A stretch of 64,000 nt of DNA from the NCBI RefSeq assembly GCF_009914755.1, contig NC_060938.1. One strand, given 5' to 3'. A program made the position numbers and the translations under genes. Origin of the DNA: the human T2T-CHM13v2.0 reference genome, Homo sapiens. The notes below the pieces were generated by a model. That model was not told the DNA's origin, did no database searches, and worked only from the letters and a program-made list of their open reading frames with translations. Position 1 is the first letter of the stretch; each line of letters starts with the position of its first letter. Positions 14,141-32,395 of the stretch are shown here, piece after piece.

Positions 14141-16021
14141 AAATCATATTCCTCAGAAAGCAGATGGTTAAATTAGGCAGAACATAGAGGGCAGAGTGGG
14201 ATGTAAGATAAACTGAATTTAGCATCAAAGTATAAAGTGTCACTTCTACATTCAATAAGCTCAGATCAATGTACCCAAGGTCAGGTAAAGGACTTTTGTA
14301 TTTTCATTTATTTATTCAATCACTCATTTACCAATGATTTACTGAATAACTAGGTGCCCTCAAGGAGTATATAGGTGAAATGCATAATGAAGGCCATGTT
14401 CTCAAGCTCAAAAGAAGCCTATGTATGGCTGGTCTTATCACAGCCATTTTTGCAGTAAGGAACTTAAGGCATAGAGACAGGATTCAAACCCAGGCAGTTG
14501 TGCCCTTAACCATCAGATGCTACTTAGTTTTGTGGGTTATTCATTTAGCCTTTCCTTGAACACCCAGATAGCATATGGTTTAGTGCATTTAGACAGCCCC
14601 TCATTAAACTCCCTCTGTGTAAGACAACAAGACACTGAAGACTGAAGTTTACTTCTCAATACAAAATGCAACTTAAGTAAACTTCAAACATTGAAAGTTT
14701 CAGAGTTTGGTAGCAAACTCAAAGTGAAAATGACAGGCAAAATTTTTAATCCAAGCTTAATTTAGTCTCATGTTTTATATGTGAACAAGATCTATTTTTC
14801 TTTTCTTTTCTTTGTTTTTTTTTTTTTTTTGGAGGGGGACAGGGTCTCCCTCTATCACCCAGGCTGGAGTGCAGTGACACAATTATGACTCTCGGCCTCT
14901 TGGCAACCTCAACCTTCCAGGTTCAAGCGATCCTCTCACCTCAGCCTCCTGAGTAGCTGGGACCACAGGCACACCCCACCATGCCAGACTGATTTTTTTC
15001 TTTTTTTTTTTGTAGAGATGGGGGTCTCACTATGTTGCCCAGGAAGGCTTGTCTTGAATTCCTGGGCTCAAGTGATCCTCCCACCTCAGCCTCCCAAAGT
15101 GCTGAGATTACAGGCGTGAGCCACTGTGCCCATCCAAGATCTATTTTTCTTTGGGTCAATTCAGTCTCACAGGCAGAAAGACCTTAGAGCTCCTGCCATC
15201 TAATTTTTCTCCCAACAAAGAAACACTGTTCCCCAGTCTCTGCCACTCTGTAAAGAGGCCCATTCACTGAGGGAAAATGCAAAGAGAAAGTTCTCCCCTC
15301 TGTTGACCTAAGTGAAGTGTGCTTTCTAATAAATTCTACTCTTTGACCACTACTCCCGACAATATCCTTTCCCATATTGACAGCTGGCTGTCACATTTCC
15401 ACAAGTTCCTTCTCCTCAGGCTGGTCATCTTCACACTATATAGCCTGTGACCATGCTGGCTCCCTTTAGCCGCTCCACTTAGTTTGTTCCATTTAAAGAA
15501 AGGAGCCAAAATGAACAACTTTTCCAGGTGTGTTCCAATCCGTGCAGACTACGCTGACAATAACCTCTTAAAAAGGACACAATATTTCTTGACATAATAC
15601 CTTAACCAGGCACTAGATTTCTTAACTGCAAACTTACTGTTGGCCTAAATAAGTCAATCAAGATCTCCAGGGCTTATAAAAATAAACTTTTTCTAAGCCC
15701 ACTCTCTCCTATGCTCTATTTTTAAAATAGACTTTTGGAAAATAATTGATTTTTTAACTTAAAACCAGGACTTTATATACCCTATTACTTATTTCAAATT
15801 AACTTTTTGAAATTATACTAATAATGCTTTGTTCATTGTAGAAAAAAGTACAGATAAGAAAACATTTTGCATCTACCCTTCCAGACTTTATTTCCTTTAA
15901 AATAATTTTTAATATACAGATAATCCATTGTTCACTGTAAAAAAAATAAATCAGGAAATACAGATAAGCAAAACAACAACAAACTAACCGTAACCCCACT
16001 AACCAAAGATTACCACTGTTA

Positions 16022-16371
<350 letters not shown>

Positions 16372-16739
16372 CTAGTCTTGATCTCTTGGGCTCAAGCGGT
16401 CCTCCCACCTCCCCTTCCCAAAGTGCTGGGGTTACAGCACAGCATCTGGCCAACTGTTAACATTTTGATGTATATCCCTTGAGAAATACATTTATACATA
16501 TATGCATACAAATACAAATGTATATGTATTGTGTGTGTGTGTGTGTGTGTTTCTGAAAGGACATGCACTAAACACTTTTTTTTTTTTTTTTGAGACATAG
16601 TCTTGCTCTGTTGCCCAGGCTGGAGTGCAATGGCATGATCTCGGCTCACTGCAACCTCTGTCTCCGTGTTCAAGCGATTCTCCTGCCTCAGCCTCCTGAG
16701 TAGCTGGAATTACAGGCACACACCACCACACCCGGCTAA

Positions 16740-16871
<132 letters not shown>

Positions 16872-18349
16872 TAAACACTTTTAATGAACATTTTTCAGAG
16901 TCAATAAAGATAGGGCTATATCATAATTTTAAACGGCTACATATTATCCCATACGTTGTCCCACCAATTCTTAACCTTCTACTGGTAGAGCTAGTGCTTA
17001 TTCCAAATCTTTCATTGTTACAGGCAATGATGCTGTCTATAACAATTACAGATTGTTATAGACTGTTAGAGATAATGATGTTCTATTGGCATTATCTACA
17101 ACATTTTCTTAAGAACCTCCCCCCTCAACAGCCTTGGAAGTGGCAGTTCCTATGATCAAGGTACATTGTGTTGGCCATAGTTCATTGGTTTCCGGTGAGC
17201 ACCTGCCCAAAAGTCAGTCCGATTCTCTTCCGTAAAATCTGGAGTTGGTATCCAAGACGGAAACAGACTGTGGAGAACTTTGTCAGTTTAGGAGCTGAGC
17301 CTGCCTTTTGGGAGAAGCCTTCACAGGCCACATAAAAGCAGATGACTAAGCAGAGAAGATAATTTTCAGAAAGTACAATGATGCATTCAAGTAAAGGGAA
17401 AGAAAAACAAGGGGACCTCTGAGTCTAGGAGAGAAACAGACCAGAGAGGCTACTTTGTAACACCATGAGGTTCAAGTGTGCTCCTCCAACTGGAGTCTGT
17501 AAGAGGCCTTACATAGTAACAATGAGCTCTTTTTTTCTTTTTATTGTGAAATAAACCACACATATGAAAGATTGCATGAAAAGAAGATACAGAGCTAAAA
17601 TATTAATAATACAAATACCTGCATACCTACTAACTAGGTGAATTATTAGTACTTTAGAATTCCCCTACCCAATGCCCTTTCCTATCCTATATTCCCTGTT
17701 CCAAATTCTGAGTAAATTATTCCTTGCTATTCTTTATATATTTTAACTAATTACTGCTGTTTAAAAACCTTTATTGTAGAAAATGTTAAACATATACAAA
17801 ATCACAAAATTAGATCACAGTAGAATGAAGACTCATGCACCCTACCTATGTTTTCAACAAGATTTTACTTGGCCTGGTTTCCTCCATGCCCTACCTTCTT
17901 GCCCCACTCACCAACAGATTATTTCAAACAAAGCCCAGACATCATTGTATCTACCATTACATTCATTTAGAACAAATCTCTAAAGAAGAAGACTTTCAAC
18001 ACAGGTACAACAACATTATCACTCCTACAAAATTGGCAATTCCTCAATATCATCTCATACCCAGCCCATGTTCAAATTTCTCCAAGTTGTCTCCCAGAAT
18101 TTCTTCTTAGGAGCTGGTTTGTTTGAATCAGAATCCAAATAAAGTTCACACACTAAATTTACCTTATAATCTCTTAATCTACATCAATCCTCACCACCAT
18201 GGGTCTGTATACAATATATTTGTTGACATTTTAAAAAACTGATCTGCAGACTTTTCAAACATTCTGAATTTGGCTGACTGCCTTTTCACGGTATCACTTA
18301 ACAGATTATTTTATGCACTATATTTCCTATAAACCGGTCATAGATGTAG

Positions 18350-18540
18350 AGCTTCACTGTCCAGTATAGTAATTACTAGTACACGTAGCTAAATTTAAAT
18401 TTAAAAGAATTTAAAATTCGGTCCACCCATCTCAACTAGCCACATTTCAAGTACTCAATAGCCATGAGTTGCTAATGGCTACTGTTGCCAGGGAGCACAT
18501 TTTCACCATCAAAGCAATTCTATTGGACTGTGTTGATCTA
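18350..18540. mobile_element. MER3-like hAT-Charlie element
   Basis: ctgtccagtatagta...ctagccacatttcaagtactcaatagcca...gctaatggctact...ttctattggac. Confidence 0.7.
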
Positions 18541-19065
18541 GAGGCTTGACTCAATTCAGGTTCAGTTTTGTTCTTGCAAGAATATTCCAGAAGTAACATA
18601 TGTAATTCCTATTGTATTACATTAAGAGGCACATAATCTATGGTTATTACAAGTTTAATGATAAAAAGATTAGGTTCATGTTTTCAGCCTAATCCACCAT
18701 CAAGCTCCTCATTAACCCTGCACCTAGTGGCTTTAGCAGGCATTCATGATCATTGTCTAAAATAGATACAGGATTTCATTAAAAACTAGAAAATGACTTT
18801 TCCAATTCTAGCACTTTCTACAGTTGTTCTTAGTTGGAATTCTACTAAAAACAAAATTTCCCCTCATCAACTATTTGGCTACTCTGACACAGTCATAAGA
18901 GAAAAGCAGGATAAAGACTTGATCCTTCACCAACTGACTTAGAATCATAACAACCTCCAAAGGTAACCAATGATTTGTTCTTTGAAGTATCGTTAGAAAC
19001 ACATGAATTTTAGCATATTTTATGTGCTTCAAGTTTTCCTAATTTTGGCCTGTGGGAGCTCCTCA

Positions 19066-19545
<480 letters not shown>

Positions 19546-20219
19546 TCAATGTAATATATCACACACACACACACACACACACGAATATATATATATCCTA
19601 AATGTCATATATTAATATCACATATAAAAATATACATGTAAAATGAATTCATGCAAATACTTCTAATTCAGATTACAGGATTTTTCTTTTTTTTTTTGAG
19701 ACGGAGTCTTGCTCTGTCGCCCAGGCTAGAGTGCAGTGGCGCAATCTCTGCTCACTGCAACCTCCACCTCCTGGGTTCAAGTAATTCTGCCTTAGCCTCC
19801 TGAGTAGCTAGGATTACAGGCACATGCCACCACGCCCAGCTAATTTTTGTATTTTTAGTAGAGACAGGGTTTCACCATGTTGGTCAGGCTGGTCTCAAAC
19901 TCCTGACCTCGTGATCTGCCCGCCTCAGCCTCCCAAAGTCCTGGGATTACAGGCGTGAGCCACCACGCCTAGCCCAGATTACAAGATTTTTAACCTAACT
20001 TTAATTCTATATTTGTATTTTTCGGTCTTGTTGTGGAAAATCCTGGATCTTAATAATATTCACATATATACATATTTGCTTTCTTCTACAATGTAAATAT
20101 AATAGTTTTAAACGAATAACAGTATAACTAAGGATATGGATATTATAACATTCTTCTCCTTAGCTTTTAACCTTCCATTATTTGTTTTTGAAAACATAAG
20201 GAAATACATATACATATAG

Positions 20220-20468
<249 letters not shown>

Positions 20469-20654
20469 TAGAGATGGGGTTTTGCCATGTAGCCCAGGCT
20501 GATCTCAAAACTCCTGAGCTCAAGCAATATGCCCACCCCGGACTCCCAAAGTGCTAGGATTACAGGCATGAGCCACTGCGCCCAGCTACAACTTGTTTTT
20601 ATCACTTAACAACACAGCCTAGAAGAGCTTTCAAGTTGGTGAATTTATCCACAT

Positions 20655-20762
20655 TCAGTGGTGCAACCCAACTCCATGCAGACGGAAGCTCCTGCACTCA
20701 GGACCCTTCCAGGCCTCGCCCTATTTACCTCTTCATCTGGCTGTTTATCCTTTATAATAAAC
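20655..20762 (+). mobile_element. ERV LTR fragment, MER21-like
   Basis: gaagctcctgcactcaggacccttccaggcctcgccctat...ctcttcatctggctgttt...cctttataataaac matches my recollection of the MER21 consensus. Confidence 0.6.
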
Positions 20763-20785
20763 ACTGGTTTATTATATAAACACAG

Positions 20786-21377
20786 GCAGAAATTCTCCAG
20801 ATGTCTCCCAGTAATGTCCAAGTTTTTATCCCAGTGTCACAAAGAAATACCAATGATGAAACAACATGACCTACCCAGGACAACCTACAACGACCTGAAG
20901 ACATTTACTGGGGAGCTGTGTTGTTTTCATAATATCTGCTATCGAGTAAAACTGAAGAGTGGCTTTCTACTTGATCAAAAAACAGTTTAAAAAGAAATAT
21001 TAATGAATATCAAAGGAGTAATGAAACCTGGCCTCAACGCCATTCTGGTACACACAGGTGGAGGCAAACCATGGTTGTTAGATGTCTGAGCTGCAAAGAA
21101 AAGATCCACATGATTATCTGGAGATGTTTTGATAAATGGAGTACCTCAATCTGCCAATTTCAAATGTAATTCACATTCTGTGGTACAGGATGATATCATC
21201 ATGGGCACTCTGACAGTGAGAAAAAATTTACAGTTCTCAGCAGCTCTTTGGCTTTCAACAACTATGACAAATAATAGAAAAAAAAATTGAATGAATTAAC
21301 ATGGTCATTCAAGAGTTAGGTCCAGAAAAAGTGGCATTCCAAGATTGGAACTCCATTCATGGTGTGTCTGGAAAAGA
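20786..21377 (+). pseudogene. Processed pseudogene fragment of ABCG2 (BCRP), covering the N-terminal ~190 codons; probably the locus called ABCG2P1
   Basis: The ATG at 20801 reads MSPSNVQVFIPVSQRNTN. It continues FHNICYRVKLKSGFL, MKPGLNAILVHTGGGK (decayed Walker A), GDVLING, ANFKCNS, VVQDDIIMGTLTVRKNLQFSAAL, VIQELG and GVSG. No introns. Stops (for example TAA 20988-20990) and frameshifts are present. Confidence 0.92.
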
Positions 21378-21399
21378 TTACACAGATCTTCCTCATTAC

Positions 21400-23764
<2,365 letters not shown>

Positions 23765-23765
<1 letters not shown>

Positions 23766-25080
23766 AAGTTGTTGCCAGTTTAAAATAAGCTATTCTAACT
23801 ACAATTTATTCTACATAAGCCTCATGGTAACCACAAAGCAAAAAACCACCCCAGATAAACAAATAATAAAGAGAAAGGAATCAAAGCTCAGCATTATAGA
23901 AAATCACCAAATCACAAAGGAAAACAAGAGTAAGAAAGGAACAAGGGCTCTACAAAACAACCAGAAAACAATTAACAAAATAGCAGAAGTAAGTCCTTCC
24001 CTATCAATAATAAGCTTGAATGTAAATGGATTAAGTTCTCCAATTAGAAGACACCGAGTGGGTGAATGGATTAAAAAAAACTAAGATCCAACCTATATGC
24101 TGCCCACAAGAGACTCATTTTAGCTTTAAGAACACATACAGGCTGAAAGTGGAAGAATTGAAAAAGATATTCCATGTAAACAGTAACCAAGAAAGAGCAG
24201 AGGTGGCTGTACTTAGACAAAATAAAGTCTAAAAACTGTCACACGAAACAAAGAAGGCCATTATTTGATGATAAATGGGTCAAGCCATCAAGAGGACATA
24301 ACAATTATAAATACATATGCACTCAACATCAGAGCACCTAAAGGTATAAACCAAATTTTAATAGACATGAAGGGGGAAAATAGATAGCAATATAAGAATA
24401 GTAGGGGACCTCAATATCCCATTTTCAACAATGGATACATCAACTAGACAGAAAAGTAATAAGGAAATACTAGGCTTGAACTACACTTAGGACCAAATGG
24501 GCCCAATTTTCCATACAACAGTAGCAGAATACACATTCTTCTCCATTGCATATGTAACATTCTCCAGAATAGATCAGATGTTAGGCCACAAAACAAGTCT
24601 TAACAAATTTATAACTGAAATCATAACAAGTATTATTTCCAACCACAATGGTAAAAAAACTAGAAATCAGTAACAGAGGGAATTCAGGGAAAAATCACAA
24701 AGATGTGGAAATTAAACAACCTGCTCCTGAACAACCAATAGATTGGTTGAGAAGAAATCAAAAGAGAAACGTATCTTGAGACAAAAGAGAATGGAAATAT
24801 AACATACTAAAACCTAGGGGATGCAACGAAAGCAAAAGCAGTTCTAAGAAGAATGTTGATAGCAATAAATTCTTACATTAAAAAAGAAGAGGCCAGGCAT
24901 GGTGGCTCAGGCCTGTAATCCCAGTACTTTGGGAAGCTGAGACAGGAGGATCACTTGAGTTCCAGGCTGCAGTGAGCCATAATCATGCCACTGCACTCCA
25001 GCCTGGGTGACAGAGTCAGACCCAGTCTCTAAAATAATAATCATAATAATAGTATCTCAAATAAATAGCCTAACATTATT
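23765..25080 (+). mobile_element. L1 inter-ORF spacer and ORF2 endonuclease region, sense orientation
   Basis: ORF 23824..24084 ends ...SIISLNVNGLSSPIRRHRVGEWIKK, the start of the L1 EN domain. Further decayed EN motifs follow (IVGDLNIP). Confidence 0.88.
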
Positions 25081-25904
25081 CCTCTTTTTTTTTTTTAATG
25101 TTGCCTAGGCTGTACTCAAACTCCTGGGCTCAAGCATTCCTCCTGCCTCAGTCTCCTGAGTTGCTAGGATTTAGGTGCATGCCACCACAGCTGGCTCATT
25201 ACTTTTTAAACTGGCATACTTGACTGTGTGGATGTACACCATACTCATGTCCCTACCAATAGACATCAGGGTTATTTCCAGTCTATTAATATTGCAAACT
25301 GTGCTACAATGCCTTGTGCATATTTCATATTTTTGCTAGTGTATCTTTGGGATAGATTCCTGAGAGTGGAATTTCTGAACCAAATTCTCCACAAGGATCA
25401 TCTATTTTACATTCACTGCATCAATATATGAGTGCCCGTTTCCCCACACCTGGCACATCAGAGTACATTGTCAAACTGTTAGAAAATTGGCAGAACTTGA
25501 TATGTGAAGAATAGTATATTAATTTTAATTTGCACTTCTCTTATCTTTTAATGCATTAGACCACTTTCTTTTTTTTCTTCTTCTTCTTCTTTTTGAGACA
25601 GGATCTTGCTCTATCACCCAGGCTGGAGTGTAGTGTTGTGATCACAGCTCACTGCAGCCTTGACCTCTAGGGCTCAAGTGTAGTTTTGCAATCACAGCTC
25701 ACTGCAGCCTTAACCTCTCGAGTAGCTCCTAGCTACTCAGGAGGCTGAGGCTAGGACCACAGGTATGCATCACCACATCTGGCTAATTTTTAAATTTTTC
25801 TGTAGAGATGGGGTTTCCCTATGACGCCCAGGCTGGTCTCAAACTCCTAGGCTCAAGCAATCCTCCCACACGGGCCATCCATAGTGTTAGGATTACAGGC
25901 ATGA

Positions 25905-26081
<177 letters not shown>

Positions 26082-28325
26082 TAAGCCTTTTTTTACTTCA
26101 TTTCTATAGGACAAGTCCCCAGAACTGAAAAACCTTGTCAAGGTCTACACATTAACACTTTTATACACATTGCCCAATTTCTCTCCAAAATTCACTTCTA
26201 CTAGGAGTGGATATCCGAGTGTAACCATTTCCCCACATTCTCACTAACACTAGATATAATCATTCCTTATAACTGCTGCCATTCTATAGATAGAACACGA
26301 TGAAACACTACTGTTTTAATTTGTCATCCTTTAAGAGCTCATATGGCTGAAACAAGCTCTTTTATGCATAAAAATCAGTTGCCTTTTTTGTTGTTTAATA
26401 AGGGAATTCTGACCACACATACTACTTAACCTACCTCTTCCACTCAACAATGATATTTATCCATTTAAAGCAGCCCACTGAATCTCCTTCAGATATCACT
26501 CAGCCAAATATTTTGCCAAAATCAAAATATACTGTATATACAGCAACCACATGAAAAAGGGAAATTTGAGTTAATGACTTTGCCTAAATTCAACAGAACT
26601 TTACTGGACCCCTGCTATATGTCAGGCAGTATATTCCATGTAGGGAATATACAGTTAAATTAGACATGATTTGTGCCCTCAAGGAACTCAGCCTAGTGAG
26701 GAAGATAAACTCATAAACAGACAGTTGTAATATAAGTGTGGTATCCTTTAGGATAGAATTATGCACTAGATGTCACAGATACACATATAGTTAACTAATT
26801 TAGGGAATAAAAGTATCAAAGGTTTCCTGAAAGAGATGACAATTGCACTGAATTCAAAAATGACCAGGACTTGGCCAAGTCAAGTGGAAAAGGGCACTGC
26901 AGGCAAAGGAGGCTGAATGAACAAAACCAAGAACACAAAAAAATACCACCGTGGCAGCTCAGTGTGGCTGGAGGCCACTGCACCAATGCAGAGAGATGAG
27001 CTGAGAGCCACAGGTCCCAGTGATTTAACTTGATACTTAACCAAATTCCTAGTAAGTGCCTGGCCACATCCTAGGTACTGGAGAGAATATCCAAAGCAGA
27101 CACAGTTCTGGCTCTCATGATGCTTTCAATCTAGCAGGAAAAAGTGTGTGAAGGTCCTTTGTCCCAAAGGTGATGAATAATTTTAAGCTAGTAAATGACA
27201 TGGTCAAACCTGTATTTTTTTGGTACAATTCTATGGCAGCCATAGGTAGGATGGATTTTACGAGATCAGATAGGAGGCCTCTGCAGAAGTCCATGAGAGA
27301 GAGAAAGGACCTAACTAGTAATGAAAGACTAGAAAGGCTATAATTAGAAAATAATTAGATAGTCAAATGTGTTTTTAGTTCGCCCATGCTGGCTCCTAGC
27401 AACACTTATTTTCTTTACATTCAAATGACATATTCTACTGAAAATCTGGATCAAGTTTAATGGTCTCCAAATTCTGGATTATACTCTTTCCCTTCAGGAT
27501 AACTAGGTATGTCCATTTCTAGTCCCCGACATCCCTCAAAGATGGTGCACAAGTATATTTGCAAGTTATTTCAGGACCCCAGACGTAGAAGTCATCTGTC
27601 AATCTTCTGGCTTTCAAAAATACTCAACCTTTTCCTCCTTGGGGAGAACTGTCACTGACAATAGTACTCAGTGGAAGTCAAAATGGAAGATCCTTCTCTT
27701 CGCAGTACCAGGAAGTCAGGGAACAAGCACATAATCTAAAATATTCCCACCTGGAAAAGGTGAAACAGGAGTGGGACAAATGAGAGACAGAATTCATCTA
27801 GTGGCAGCCAAACAGCCAAGTTGTTCTTGCTGCTTAGCCTCTGGAGTCCTCCAGCCTTCTAACAATTTAGTGAGCCTCCTTTTTCCTTCTAATAAATCCT
27901 CTTTCTGCTTAAGACAGCCAGAATTAACTTATATGGCTTGTAAAAAGAACTCTGACAAAAATTCCTGGATAGAATTTCACTGGGTCCAGAAATCTGAACT
28001 TAATTAAAGTACCTAGCTATTCTACCTTTATTCTGATCATCTTTGTTATTATAACCAAGACTCAGTGGTCACTTACTATATGTCAATTATTTTCTAAGTT
28101 TTTTGTAGGCATCATCATATTGAATAGTCACTGAATTGCACTGAATTATAGAACCACTGAAGTTGATGCTATCATTACTCCCTTTCTATAGTTTAAGAAA
28201 TTGAAGCTCGGAGAAATCATGATGCCCAAGATGACCAGCAAATACGAATAGAAGTGATATGCACTCAGGCAATCCAAGATCAAAGTCAGCATTCTTACTA
28301 ACTACATTATACACTGACTCTTTTA

Positions 28326-28709
<384 letters not shown>

Positions 28710-28941
28710 TCAATAAATTATCACAAACACCACCCAGGCCAAGAAATAGAACACTTCTAACACTCCAGAAGCACCACTCATGACCTTCCCAATCATTACC
28801 TGATCCTTTCCTCCTTAAGGTAAGAAAACCACTATCCCAACTATGGACATTATTTCCTTGCTTTCTTTATAGCTGGGCCACCTAAGTAAGCATTCCTAAA
28901 CACTGTTGCTTCACTGGGCCTGTTTTCTGAATTCCATATAA

Positions 28942-29307
<366 letters not shown>

Positions 29308-29757
29308 TGATCCGCCTTCCTCAGCCTCCCAGAGTACTGGGATTACAGGCATGGGCCACCGCACCCAGCCAGTTTGTTCACTGTCATTGCTGTACGTTAT
29401 TCCATGAATCCACCATGAGCTATCTATCTATTGTTGATGATACTTAGGTTAACTCCAGTTTGGGGCTATTATGAATAATGCTGCTATGAATATTCTTGTG
29501 TCTTGGCTACAGTGCATACATTTATGTTGGATATAAATGTCAGAATGGAAACGGTTAAGTCATAGAAATTTGAATGTTAAATTTCAGTAGATAATGCCGA
29601 ACTATTTTCTAAAGGGGTTGTACCAAATATAATGCTACCAGCATTGTAGCATCATTTTCATTACTCTGGACCTTCTCTGACACTTGGTCATGTTAAAATT
29701 TTTTTGGGGGGCCATTCTGGTAGATGTATGCTAATTTAGTTTGTATTTCACCAATGA

Positions 29758-30089
<332 letters not shown>

Positions 30090-31216
30090 TGATCCGCCCA
30101 CCTTGGCCTCCCAAAGTGCTGGGATTACAGGCATGAGCCACCAAGCCCAGTCCCTTTTTATTATTTATAGGAGTTTTAGATACAAACCTTTTGTCAGGTA
30201 TATGTATTATAATTACCTGCTTCCACTCTGTGACATGACTTTTCCCATTTAATGGTGGCCTTTGATGAACCAAAGTACTTTTGTGTACTCAAAATTTATC
30301 AAATTTGCCTTCCTTAGTCTTTGTATGTCCTGTCTAAGATGTCTTTCACTATATTGAGATCCGAAAATATTCTCCCATATCCTATAGGTAGGTGCTTATG
30401 TACTACCTTTCACATACTGTTCTATAATCTACCGAGTTGATTTTTTGTGTATGATGTGTGAGGTAAAGATTACGTTTCTTTACTTTCCTTTCTCTTAGAA
30501 TATTCAATTGTCCCAGAAACATTTACCTTACCTTACCCACTGCTCTATGTTAACAATCTTTGTTGCAAAGCAAGTGTCCGTATAAACATGTTTCTAAGCT
30601 TTTGATTCTATTCCTAGAGCCTGACTACTCTTTAAAAACTTTAAAATAAGTCTTGATGTTGGATGGAACAAATCTTTCCCTGTTGTCTTATTCAAGAGTG
30701 TCTTTGCTATTTGTGGCCTTCTATTTCTATATGTATTTTAGAACCAGCTTGTCAAAGCCACCCAAAAATCCCAATTCATGAACTTAGCTGTTTCTGAAGC
30801 TGAGTTGCACTCCCTGCAATGACCTACTTTTAGGGCATGGCCTTTCATGGCCCTAACCCAAAGGAAATGGAGTTCACCAGGCTCCCCCTTGACGGGTCCT
30901 GAACACTAATCCATTTCCTGTTACTTTAGTTCAAAGAGGCACTTTTCATGACCTTGTCACTCAGCTTCCCCACTCAGGAATCCAGCATGTACCCTCAGGA
31001 GACAAAAGAGCCCCAAAATAGACTCTTGTCCTTGGATCTCTATAGCTCTCACATGGATCACAGCTAGGTAATTCTTCATGATCTTTCTATCTCTCCAGTA
31101 TCTTCCAGCAGATGTTTATATTTCACCCATATTTTCTAATTGTCCCTAATGAGAGATAATTACCTAGTCTGCTATTACTGAAAACAGAAATCCATATTGC
31201 CTATTTACCCATATCA

Positions 31217-31594
<378 letters not shown>

Positions 31595-32118
31595 TTAATA
31601 ATATCAGTTTATCTACTATGTCTATCCCCCTTTGGCTTATCCTGTCCTTTGGATCGTAATGAAGACTTCAAAAAGGTTAAATTTTTAGACAGAAATGAAA
31701 CTAGCACAAAAATAATGAAAGACAGTAGTGGATTTAAAGAATAACAAAATTAATCTCTAAGGAGACTTATAACCTTTTATAAAAAAATTCACTGAGAGAA
31801 AAAGGTCTAGAAAATGTCAGTTCCTGATGAGCAGAAACAGAATACAGACCTATAGAAAGGCTCTTATTTAGGATATAGACATAGTGAAGTCTCATGCCAA
31901 GTTTGTGTGTGTGTCTATCTATGTACACATATATTTATATATTTTAAAGACTATTTTTATTAACTATTTCTGAATAATTTATCCACATTATTCAAAATTC
32001 AAAAAGCATATAAGTATACAGTGAAAAATTTCCTCCCATGTCAGTCCCTACCTCCAAAAGCAATCAATGTTATTTGGTTTTGTGTAGTCTTCCAAAGATG
32101 TTTTATGCATATAAAAAA

Positions 32119-32153
<35 letters not shown>

Positions 32154-32161
32154 CTTTTTCA

Positions 32162-32395
<234 letters not shown>

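Noticed and set aside
20658-20990. 110-aa ORF containing FHNICYRVKLKSGFL as a possible functional chimeric gene
   Set aside because: It starts at a non-ATG codon in LTR sequence, passes through frameshifted pseudogene, and stops before Walker A. Best explained as a decayed retrocopy.
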